A stretch of 64,000 bases of DNA from Octopus vulgaris (Eukaryota), in assembly GCA_951406725.2 (NCBI GenBank), contig OX597827.1:55304001-55368000 (forward strand). The letters run 5' to 3'. Position 1 is the first letter of the stretch. Every line of letters begins with the position of its first letter. The notes under the pieces are model-generated. The model saw only the letters and a program-made list of their open reading frames with translations, had not been told where the DNA came from and did not search any database. This document shows, one piece after another, positions 12,261 through 22,892 of the stretch. The position numbers and the translations under genes are program-made.

Positions 12261-13288
12261 GTTTGAAAGTTTCACAAATATTACTATTTATGGTGAGAAG
12301 GTCATTGAAACTTGTTGCTCCAACTCTGTTGTGCAATAAAAGCCACAAATAGAAAGTTCTCCTCAAGATGGATTGACACTGTATATTCGCCCGATGGTTA
12401 CCCATGCCAGCACGGAAAACGGACATTGATTATGATGATTATATATAACCAGAGAGGTCAGCAGAATGTATTTCAATAGCAAACACAAAGAAAGACATAC
12501 TAAATACCATACAAGATAAATTCTTCAGTTATTTAAATTATCTTAACCTTGAGAAGATAAACAAATATCTCGTGGCAATCCACTGAGGATCTCTTCGATT
12601 TGACTTAGATCTTTAAATTAATTTTTTAACTAAACAGTTTGAAACTTCGTATACTTGTATAATTTCTCACGCTGAACACGGTTTACTTTCAACATTTTTA
12701 ACAAATGAGGAGAGATTAATTCAATCAACAATTTTCCAAAATTAACATGCCATTATGGAAAAGACGATCTATTTCTTCAAGAGGCAAAGGGATAGCGGTG
12801 AATTCTTGGCTATGTCAAGGCAATACTGTACTGATGATGCCAATTAAAAGATAAGCTAGGGGATTATACAGCTAAAATTAAATAGATAAAAACCATTACA
12901 GCAAATTAGAAGCTAATGTTTGAAGGAATGCGTCCAGAAATAGTATACATTCTTCTATCATAAATCTCTTATTGATTAGACTGAACCGTATTACTTCTAC
13001 TCGGGTGTTGATGAGGTAATAATTAAGTTATTTATGTTCACAAAATATCTTATAATTATAGTTGCATCCATGGTTGTCTCTGGCCGATAGGCTGTGTGCA
13101 CCATTGGACGTTTCTACTGAAGCACAAACCTAACTAAAAATAAAAACATAAAATAGAGCAAAATCTCTTTGCACAACCCCCCCCCCCCCGAGATGAACAA
13201 TGTAGAAGTTAGCTATTGTTTCTGAGGTAAACAGGTACAAAAAATAGGATGTCTATAACAGGAGAAACTGTCTGTCAATGACTATCAG

Positions 13289-13694
13289 GGATCTTTTCGG
13301 TTTGAACAGCAGTTTTTTCTAGCAGTGTCATATGAAATTGTCACCCATAATTATGACCCTACTATCGATCTATTGCATTTCAATCTAGGTTAGGGTTAGG
13401 GTGGGGGGAAGGGTATCTTTTTTCTTCACAAATGTAAATAAACCCAATCTGTTTCTTAAACGAGGGACATATTCATACGGCACATAATGTTTTTTACCTC
13501 AATGGACATCATTGATTGGTTGAAATTGCAGAAATTGAAGAAAAAAAACAAATATCTTACAAACTATAGAATTTTCTCAATAAAGCCAAGAGAAAAAGAT
13601 GTTTTAAAAACACATTCTACCAGTATACGAAGTTTAAAATTTTTTAGTTACCTAGAAATTATGTTAAAAACTGCCGTTCAAACCGAAAAGATCC
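13289..13694. mobile_element. Non-autonomous DNA transposon (MITE; Merlin- or hAT-like)
   Basis: TIRs of about 28 bp, GGATCTTTTCGGTTTGAAC(A/G)GCAGTTTTT; 8-bp TSD-like flanks actatcag / actatgag. Confidence 0.85.
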
Positions 13695-13869
13695 ACTATG
13701 AGAAGCAAATAACAAGAACTACTGATTCCCTATGAAAGTTGGGTTGAACAAGGAATAATCACTATACATTTGTGTGATGAACCTTTCTTATCATGGAAGC
13801 CATCATAGGAAAGGTTCTTGTGTCAGCTACTTTGGAGGTTATATCACTTACTACAAAGATGGACATTAT

Positions 13870-14760
13870 TTGATCCTTTCACCCGCACGATTTTCACTAA
13901 AATTTACCTATATTTCATTCTCTTGAAAAATATCAGTCGATAAAAGTCAAGGGACACATCACCAAATATAGTTCCACACCCCGCAATAATCCCCGCAATA
14001 CATCAAGATCGAAAATCACGCCCCAACAACAAAGTTGGAAACCAGTTTCCAGTAGTTTCCAAGCGGAGTGTCGCAGTATCCTACAATATCGTACACTATT
14101 TTTAGGAGTGTCCCGAAATTTTAAATTTAAATAAAATAATTTACATAAAAAATGTGACTGTCAGTATTCTAAAACAGAAGGATACTGACAGAATGAGGAA
14201 AAAGCACTGAAGGTATAACCCGTGTGGGTTATACAACCATTTGGCTTCTCGAAATAGCAGCCATATTACATAACATACAAAACCGTCTTTAAAAGAGAAG
14301 GACACGTTGGATACTGTTTCCTAGATGTACAGTGTCTGAAAATAAGATAGGCTGGTTGTAGCGGGAGCACCTTCGATCAGAGGGCTGCTCTTTCAAAGGT
14401 GATCTGAACGAAAGGACACGTACATTTTAGGTAGCGCATATTTAAACACACACGCACAAATATATGTACCTGTACGTGTTGTGTGTTTTCTATTCGAAAT
14501 TTTTTTTTAATTTTCCGAATATATATATATGAATAAACAAACATTTTATATATTGTGTAAAATGTGTAAATAACAATGAGTGTGCGTTGAATTACCGTCA
14601 CAGATCCTTACGAAATTTGCATTTGAATTGTGGGTATTGCTAACGTTACTATGGCAACGTGCGTGGCAATGGTGATTTATGGAGAACTTTTCGTTGCATG
14701 AATATGTTATATTGTAGAAATGAACAAGCGTAAACTTTCGGCAAGTATTACAAATCGAAC
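13870..14760. promoter_or_regulatory. Probable bidirectional promoter shared by ENO4-like (-) and ANKRD53-like (+)
   Basis: CpG-enriched, repeat-poor stretch between the divergent genes. Minus-strand donor ATAG|gtaaat at 13908/13907 fits an ENO4 5' UTR exon. X-box at 14645. Confidence 0.6.
14645..14658. promoter_or_regulatory. RFX X-box motif
   Basis: GTTACTATGGCAAC matches the RFX consensus GTTNCYATGGNAAC typical of ciliary/flagellar gene promoters. The dyad extends to ACGTT...AACGT. Confidence 0.7.
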
Positions 14761-15347
14761 TAATGTAAATGATATTTCTTTCAGAAAATTCGAGTATTTA
14801 TATTTTTACATATTTTGTTATTTTTCATAAAGTCCGTTCGTTTCCTGGCAATAAAATAAGTGAAGAAATAAAAATGAATCAAACAAGAAAGTTTTAAATG
14901 TTTGTGTTACGTTAGTGCACTATTACCTCTGTCCGATCCATGTCTTGTCGGTAAAATAGGGGTAGACAGAAACAATAGAAGACCGTCTGATGTGCTGTAG
15001 TTGTAATCGATGCCTAGCTTTGTCACACTGAATTCGTAGATGGCGTTGAGTGTTCGAATGCGTCTGTGGAAAAATCAGCCACTTACACCTGTTTTTCTTT
15101 CTTTTTTTTTTCTAATTCAGTGAGTGGGTATTCTATTGATTGGTATACTCGTTATCGAAACGCAATGCGAGCTCCATTATTTGTTCAAGACACCTGCTTC
15201 GTCGTTAAATGTGGCAGATTTATTTATCTCTTTGTTCGATGCTGTTTATTTTAATCTAAAAAGCATTAATAAAGCAAAATATTAAATATATAAGAACGTT
15301 TATAAACATTCGCTTTTCCTTTCTCCGGATTTATCTACTTCCTAGAT

Positions 15348-15452
15348 CAGTGGTTCCCAACCTTTTCCCTACCAAGGCCCCCTTTTATTTAAATGTGTTT
15401 AACCCACGGAACCCCAGTACTAACTTTACGGACCACGAGTTGGGAACCACTG
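15348..15452. mobile_element. hAT/Charlie-like MITE (105 bp)
   Basis: TIRs CAGTGGTTCCCAAC / GTTGGGAACCACTG; TSD tcctagat / tcctagac. Confidence 0.85.
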
Positions 15453-15592
15453 TCCTAGACAACAATTAATAAAAAGAAAATCATTAAATCAATCTTAGGT
15501 AGGAAGTTTAACCCAAAGTCAGCGCTGATCAGAGGCATTCTAGCCGTGACCATATCTCTTGTATATATCAAAGTCTAAATTAGACATACCTA

Positions 15593-15940
15593 TACAAGTG
15601 TCCCGCCCCCATTCGACTTTATTTCTTCATAACTTTCAGAAAAATTGATATATAATTTTTTAATGAAATTTCTTACAGATGTTATAAATTACGATTACAT
15701 CGGAATTAAATGGGGGGGAGGAATTAGTGGACGCGAACACTTACTGACACACACATGTATGTGTGCAAGCCTACCATTTTGGTTTTTCTTTGTTGTGTAT
15801 TATTGATTTTGCATTAAATTCCGATATATTCATAATCGAATCTGCACCATCTGTAGAAAATTTGTGAAAATTTTCATTAAAAAATACACATTTTTCTGAA
15901 AGCTATGAGGAATCGAAGTCAGTGAGGCACACTTTTGTAG
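15593..15940. mobile_element. TA-flanked Tc1/mariner-type MITE
   Basis: Degenerate long TIRs (TACAAGTGT...TCATAACTTTCAGAAAAA / TTTTTCTGAAAGCTATGA...ACACTTTTGTA); related copy at about 63310-63475. Confidence 0.6.
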
Positions 15941-16335
15941 GTATGCCCTACATTGTACAATATGTCTTTTTTCCTTTTTAAGATAATAGGGTGTGATTTA
16001 AGATACAATTGGCTGCTATTCTAACTGGTCAAGCAACCATGTACAGCACCTTCGTTCAGAATTATAAGATTTTATGTAACAATGCGTATGAAGCTTCAGA
16101 TTTCCGGAAGATGCAAAATAGGAAGCTATGGCTTTCTGCTGTATGTACCAAAAGCAAAATAAGTTATTGTCTATCTGCTAGTGTAATGAGATGTAGTGTC
16201 AAAAGAACAATGAACCAATAATTAGGCTTCCCATAATTTCTTAGACTCAAACCTTCAATTGGTGTTAAACTAAAACAACCTTCAAACTGTAGGTTTCATA
16301 GCTATAGGTGTTTATAAGGAGACTTTTGTGACTTA

Positions 16336-16340
<5 letters not shown>

Positions 16341-16397
<57 letters not shown>
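16341..16397. repeat. (GT)n microsatellite
   Basis: Direct reading. Confidence 0.95.
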
Positions 16398-16400
<3 letters not shown>

Positions 16401-16811
16401 TAAAAAAAAACAGGAAGTGAGGTAGAAAAACTATAAACTTTCATTAATTAAAAAATATTTTCTGAATCCTAGGAAAAAAAGTCATTCTTAATCCCTAAGC
16501 AAAATGCCTTTAAACTACAATATGTGCCTTCTTGTGATTTGAGTGCTTTTTTGACATAGGAACATCATGTCCACACTGGATCTCGAGAAAAAACATGCAG
16601 TGCTAGGCTGAGACAGAGCTATAATATGAGTATGTTCATTAGTTTGGGTCTGTGTTGAGCACTGCAGGATTAGAACACCTTGGTTTCAGCAGTTTTAGAT
16701 TTTCTTAGAATTTAAGTATTTGATCCATACCAGCATATTCTGGGACATATCAGTGTCAAACTGGACAAATTTTCTAATGAAGACACTATGAAAGATTCTT
16801 CAAATGAAGAC

Positions 16812-17252
16812 TATTGAAACTCCAACGTCTGGCAGCTGACTTGGCAGACACCCACAAAATTATTAACCATCTTACAAACTATAACTCTGAGCACCTTTTC
16901 AAACTCCACCTGTCTAACACCCGTGGACATGTTTACAAAGTCAGAAAACAGCACAGCTCCCATGACTTCTGGAAACATTTTTTCACGCTAAGAGTTGCTG
17001 AAGTATGAAACAAACTGCCGGCATCAGTTGTTAGTTGTCGGAGCACTGCATCATTCAAAACTTCCATGCTTCCTGAGATTCGCAAACACTACACCTGATT
17101 TTCTCCCCTCCATACACACGCAAGCATATATCTGACTCATACACTGTTCACTTCCCAGACATTTGTACATTACTGCATATGCTTTATACACACTTTTGAC
17201 AAGTTGTGGTGCACCTGGGCACTGTATACAATAATTTCATTATTATTATTAT
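16812..17252 (+). mobile_element. CR1/L2-like LINE 3' end
   Basis: RLAADLADTHKII...NTRGHVYKV...FFTLRVAEV, ending in an (ATT)n tail. Confidence 0.8.
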
Positions 17253-17407
17253 CTCAACCAAACCAGGACATGTGGTAAGCCTACTGATACAACTTGAAAA
17301 TATATGATTTCTGTGCTTTGAATGTCTTATTTGAATTTTCACATAATCCCCATTTTTTTAAATGTTATGTTGATATATATATTTTTTTTCTTCTTTTATT
17401 TCAAAAG

Positions 17408-17475
17408 GTTCATCTGCATTTGGCAGTAGCCATGAAACCCTTCACCTGCTCACTTATGTTGACTGACATCCGAAG
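17408..17475 (+). other. Probable 5' UTR exon of the ANKRD53-like gene
   Basis: Long pyrimidine tract ending ttcaaaag, donor AAG|gtaaat, 68 nt. It has a stop in the frame that joins the ANKRD53 CDS. Confidence 0.5.
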
Positions 17476-17790
17476 GTAAATGTGAACACATTCTCTATTA
17501 CACAATAAATTTTAATCAAAGACGGTTGCCATCTTCCTGCAAGAAGTAGAACCATTGGAACTGGTAAGGGGGATGTTATGAATTAAATCTTTCCTGAGAA
17601 GGCATTTGGTTTTGATGTTAATTCATCTGGATATAATGCTCTCTGCTAGAAGACACTAGTGATGTAGGGTAATGTTAAATATATATATATATATGTAAAA
17701 TATAGTATAATATATGTTTCTGCATATATGGTTCTTCAGTTTGTTTTAGTGTCCATGGCTAAGGTTATTCTGGAACACCACCTTTAGCTA

Positions 17791-19019
17791 TGAAGGGTGT
17801 TCATTCAACATTTCCCCTAACCTACTTCCCAAGAAATGGGATAAATGAAACTTAGAATAATTATTAGTCCTTCTCTACATACCCACCACCAATGGTGACA
17901 CACTTCTATTTTTTTATGCAACTATGAAGACCTCATCTGTAGAAGTCAGTAGGTTGCATCTGGAGCCAAGACTTTACCTCAGAAATAAGTTCACCATCAT
18001 CCAAAAAGTGCTTCCCTTCAAAAAAGACTTCATGGTTGGAAAGAGGTGGCAGTCAGATGGTACGGGGTCAGGAGAGTAAGGGGATAAGGAAGGATTTTAT
18101 AGCTGCAGGAGTGTGCTTTCATCTGGGTAATATGCACATTGTGAACTGGGGCATTGCCTTGGAGGAGGTGGACTCTTTTGGTCAACATGCCACACCTCTC
18201 TGCTTTGATGGCATCCCACAATTTCTGCAGTAGAGAAGCATAATATGCTCCATTAATTGTGGTACCCTGTCAGAAAATCCATCATCACTACCCCACACTA
18301 ATCCCAAAATTCTGTGAGCATCACCTTCTTTGGAGGTGGTGAGTTATGCTTCCATTGCTTCGACTGAACTTTAGTCTCAGGATCATAGTGATAAACCCAA
18401 GTCGTATCCTGTGAGATAACTCTGCCATAAAAGTCCTCCTCATTTTCTTGGCACATTGCCAAAAGAGCCTGGGAGCAATTGACTTGTTCCTGCTTCTAAA
18501 AAGATGTAAGCATCCAGGGAAACTATCATGCAGACAACTTCTGCATGTGCAAATGGTTGTGAGTGATTTTTTTTTTCCGTGGACCCCACACTTACCGTCA
18601 CTTCTTGGGCTAGTTGCCAAATAGTTATGTGGCAATCCTCTAAAATGGTAGCTTACACTTTATGGATGGTGTCATCATCATCATCAGCAGAATGTGGTTG
18701 TCCAGGAATGGGAACAGTTTCCATCAATGTCAGACCACATTTGAACTGGCGATGCTAGTACTTAATTACAGTGTATGATAGTGCATCATCACCATAATCT
18801 TCTTTCATCTCATTGAAAGTCTCTTTTGGTGTACGACCTTTCAAGTATAAGAACCTGATTACTGATCTGCACTCAACTGTCTCCAGACAAATGAATACTA
18901 GTGGAAAGCTGCAATTCACAATGTGACATATTGAGACATGTATGATTATACCTGTACAAGTTCTGTTTCCTGCAATAACCAGACGTGGGTCATGGGGAAT
19001 CTTTAATGAACACCCCCTG
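17791..19019 (-). mobile_element. Near full-length degenerate mariner transposon (about 1.23 kb)
   Basis: TIRs ..GGGTGTTCATT / AATGAACACCC.. with TA flanks. N-terminal RSVIRFLYLKGRTPKETFNEMKEDYGDDALS and catalytic LLQ(D)NAPVH remnants. Confidence 0.88.
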
Positions 19020-19391
19020 TATCTATGTTCTCTGTTGTTTATGATATCTACAGACAATAGTGTTTCTGTTAGGTTTTTCAGTTACATGTGGTTTTTCTAG
19101 TTGTCTGAATTAGTGGAGGCCACTTCATCTTTGTTGTAGCTTTTTACAGGTAACTCTTCTGGGTGCTAAAAACATATGTATCTAGGTAGCTTTCAAAGGT
19201 CTCAGTAGAATTTTGAGAGGCAGTTATACAATTGTGAACCTTTAAATGTCATGTTATTGTCATATAGATTCTTGATGTAGAAGTCTAAAAGAGTATTGGA
19301 ATCTGGCATTACCTTGGAGTCACTATTTTTTCTTCCTTGTATTCTAAAGTTCAGAACAAGGTATTTGGAAACCATCCATATATATATATAT

Positions 19392-19700
19392 GGAAGTGCT
19401 ATGGCCTAGTGGTTAGGGCAGCAGACTTGTGGTCGTAGGATCGCGGTTTCGATTCCCAGACCGGGCATTGTGAGTGTTTATTGAGCGAAAACGCCTAAAG
19501 CTCCACGAGGCTCTGGCACAGGGTGGTGGCGATCCCTGCTGTACTCTTTTGCCGCAACTTTCTCTCACTCTTTCTTCTGTTGGCCTGCTCGCTTAGCCAG
19601 CGGGGTCGCATCATTTGAAGGCTAAAACAATGTGAAGCGCATTGTGACCAGCGATGTGTAGCAACATCTGATAGCCTGGTTGGTCACGGTGATCATGGTG
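19392..19700 (+). mobile_element. tRNA-derived SINE in a TA tract
   Basis: TGGCCTAGTGGTTAGGGC...GGTTTCGATTCCC head. Confidence 0.8.
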
Positions 19701-20815
19701 ATACATATATATATATATATGTATACGGTATATGTATTACATCTCATAATAGTTGTAAGTGGGTGACACTGTCATACAAGCTGTGTCATTCATTTACAGT
19801 ATTCTTCAGAAGATTGTCTGGCCATTGAAAAATATTATTTTCTTTAGAAACAGTTAAGAGTTAGCAACAAGAAGGCCATCAGGCTATAGAAATTCTGCCT
19901 CTTTTGATTCCACTAGATCTCTCGTCTATCCATAGTTTACACAGGATATATCATATGGAGCTTCTTCCTACTGTTCCTTTGCGATATATCAGGCATGGCC
20001 ATTTTCTAGATAATTGTAGGGTCCTGACTGACTTCCTATTCAAATTTTAGTCTTTGCTAAGTTTATTTTGAGGTGTTTTGATTCCAGATTTTACTTCCAA
20101 ATCTGGAATTATTTCTCTAAACTTACAACATATTAAGGCATAAATCTGCAGCATATGCGTATAACTAAATAGTTTGGTAGGTAGTGATGTACTTAATAAT
20201 GTATGCAGACAATTCTCAATGGATTAAAATTTGTCTCTTAGTTGCAGTAAGAAAAAAAACATTTCTTACAGCTGCTGTTAGAAACCCTCAAAAAAAGGGG
20301 AGGTAATTTCAAGAAATTAAGAAGTAATTTCGCAGAAAATTATCAGCAGGCAAGATGGCAGCAACAAACATGATTAAATACATAAACTTCACATGACTAT
20401 ATTTCACTGATGAGGGTGAATAAGGCCAAAACAATTTTAAGTTGTCCTCGAGAATTTTTTGTGCACATCACTGTTGGCCCACTTAAGTTGTTTCCCCTTT
20501 GTTCACTTCAGAGCCCAAACCTTCTTAATTTTTTTTCCTACTTGTAAAATTCTGTCCTGTTGATTATAAGTTATTGAGTTATTTCTCTTGGCTGATTTGT
20601 GTGTATATGGGGAAGTTTCTGGGTGGGGGTGCATTTTTGTATTTCCTTAACAACCAGTGTTGGTTAATTCATGTTCTGTAACTTAGCAGTTTGGCAACAA
20701 GTGATCAATAGAACGAGTACCAAGTTTAACGTAAATTATGGGGCTGATTTGATCAACTGAACTTTTCAAGGTGATGCTTCAATATATCCACAATCTAATA
20801 ATTAAAATAAGTAAA

Positions 20816-21190
20816 AGGCGCAGGAGTGGCTGTGTGGTAAGTAGCTTGCTAACCAAACACATGGTTCCAGGTTCAGTCCCACTGCGTGGCATCTTGGGCA
20901 AGTGTCTTCTGCTATAGCCCCGGGCCGACCAATGCCTTGTAAGTGGATTTGGGAGATGGAAACTGAAAGAAGCCTGTCGTATATATGTATATATATATAT
21001 ATATATGTGTGTTTGTGTGTCTGTGTTTGCTTGACAACCGATGCTGGTGTGTTTATATCCCCGTCACTTAGCGGTTCAGCAAAAGAGACCGATAGAATAA
21101 GAATATTTCCTGGGGTCAATTTGCTCGACTAAAGGCGGTGCTCCAGCATGGCCGCAGTCAAATGACTGAAACAACTAAAAGAGAGAGTAA
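20816..21190 (+). mobile_element. Abundant SINE family, full-length copy (others near 10178, 31467, 32163, 36330, 44030, 44940, 46145, 46650, 55634)
   Basis: Conserved GGTTCAGTCCCACTGCGTGGCA.CTTGGGCAAGTGTCTTCT core, internal TA/TG microsatellite and A-rich tail; more than 10 copies in the window. Confidence 0.85.
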
Positions 21191-21293
21191 AAGAATTATT
21201 GAATAAAAAACTATATTATCGTTGATTAGATATTTTCTTTTAATTTTCATTTTAGATAATCATGGACTACTCTATATAGAACATGACAGCAAA

Positions 21294-21389
21294 ATGTCAC
21301 TTGATGACCAGTTCATCGCGGCAGCCCAAGGAGATGTTGAATGGCTAAAAGAATGCCTTGATAGAAGTATTATTCAATATGACTGCGAT
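21294..21389 (+). CDS. ANKRD53: ANKRD53-like coding exon 1 (exon starts at 21256)
   Basis: Acceptor ttttag ending 21255; MSLDDQFIAAAQGDVEWLKECLDRSIIQYDCD; donor gtaaga at 21390, phase 0. Confidence 0.85.
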
Positions 21390-22679
21390 GTAAGATGACA
21401 AATATATTCTGAATTTGATTATTTTTTATTGAAAACAAAGTTGATTTACTCAAGCTTATGTATTAAAGTCATAAATATATGATGGAAATCTGTTATCAAT
21501 TTAGTATTACTTTGATAAACTAGCAATGATAAAAAGCAAAATTGCTCTCAGTCAAATTTGAACTCAGAATGTTAAAGGATGCTATTATAAATTTCAAGTA
21601 CAGTAATCTGTTGACTGTCGTGGGTGTTACTTTCCAAAACCCACGGCAATAGGTGAAAATCCGGGAAGTAGGAACAGTACTGTACTGTATATTTTTTATT
21701 ATTATTTTCATAATTTGTATATATTTATTTTAATATAAATACAAAACACCACAGAGCAATCATCTATCTATCTATCCACTCAGTCAAAGTCGACTCTCAG
21801 TTATTCATTGGATCAGTGTCCTCCAGTCAGTTCTATCCTGGGCCGCTTCTTTCAGATTGGCTATGTCCATTCCGGTATCACTGTTGATGGTGTCAAGCCA
21901 GCAGGTTCTTGGTCGGCCTCTTCCTCTCTTGCCACTGACCATTCCGAGCATGATGTCCTTCTCCAGGGATTTTCTCTGCATAATATGACCGAAATATGCC
22001 AATCTATGCTTGGTGGTCCTAGCTTCTAGCGACATTTTCAGCCTGATCTGCTTAAGAACTTCTCCATTGGTGAGCCTCGCTGTCCATGGAATCCGTAAAA
22101 GTCTTCTCCGACACCAAAGCTCGAATGCATTAATTCTCTTCTGGTCAATCAACGTAACCTTAAATAATAAACCACAAATAAGAACAGTAATAAACGAGTG
22201 AAGAATGAATATAGAGCGTGTGTGTTTATTTGGGGAAAAAGAGAAAAAAATTGACCATCCTGAAATACAACAATAATTTCACTAAAGTTTGGAACCATAG
22301 TTGCGGATGGAAGAATCAGACAAAGTGCAACAGACAAAGTGCCATGCAGTATTTAGCTACGTCCTGAATTCAAATGCCATCCATGCATTTCATCTTTATA
22401 AGACGAGTAAAATAAGTCGGAAATCATTACTATGGATAGCAGTATGAACAGAACAACTGGCAAGTTTTGTTGTATTTAATTGTGTCCCTTTACTAATTAC
22501 TTCGCTCAAACCCTACCAATAAAAAATTAAATTCAAATGAAATTCAGAGATCCCTTTCATCCTTTTAGGGTTGATAAAATAAGTATCAATGGAGTACTGA
22601 AGTCAGTTCAGTCAACTTACCCACCACCCTACCCCCTTGTGTCAACTTACCTCCTCCCTTGGCCTTGTGTCAAAATTTG

Positions 22680-22718
<39 letters not shown>

Positions 22719-22760
22719 CCACCACCACCACCACCACCATCACCAAACCATCACCATCAC

Positions 22761-22799
<39 letters not shown>

Positions 22800-22856
22800 T
22801 ACCATCACCACCACCACCACCACCACCATCACCACCACCACCACCATCACCATCAC

Positions 22857-22892
<36 letters not shown>

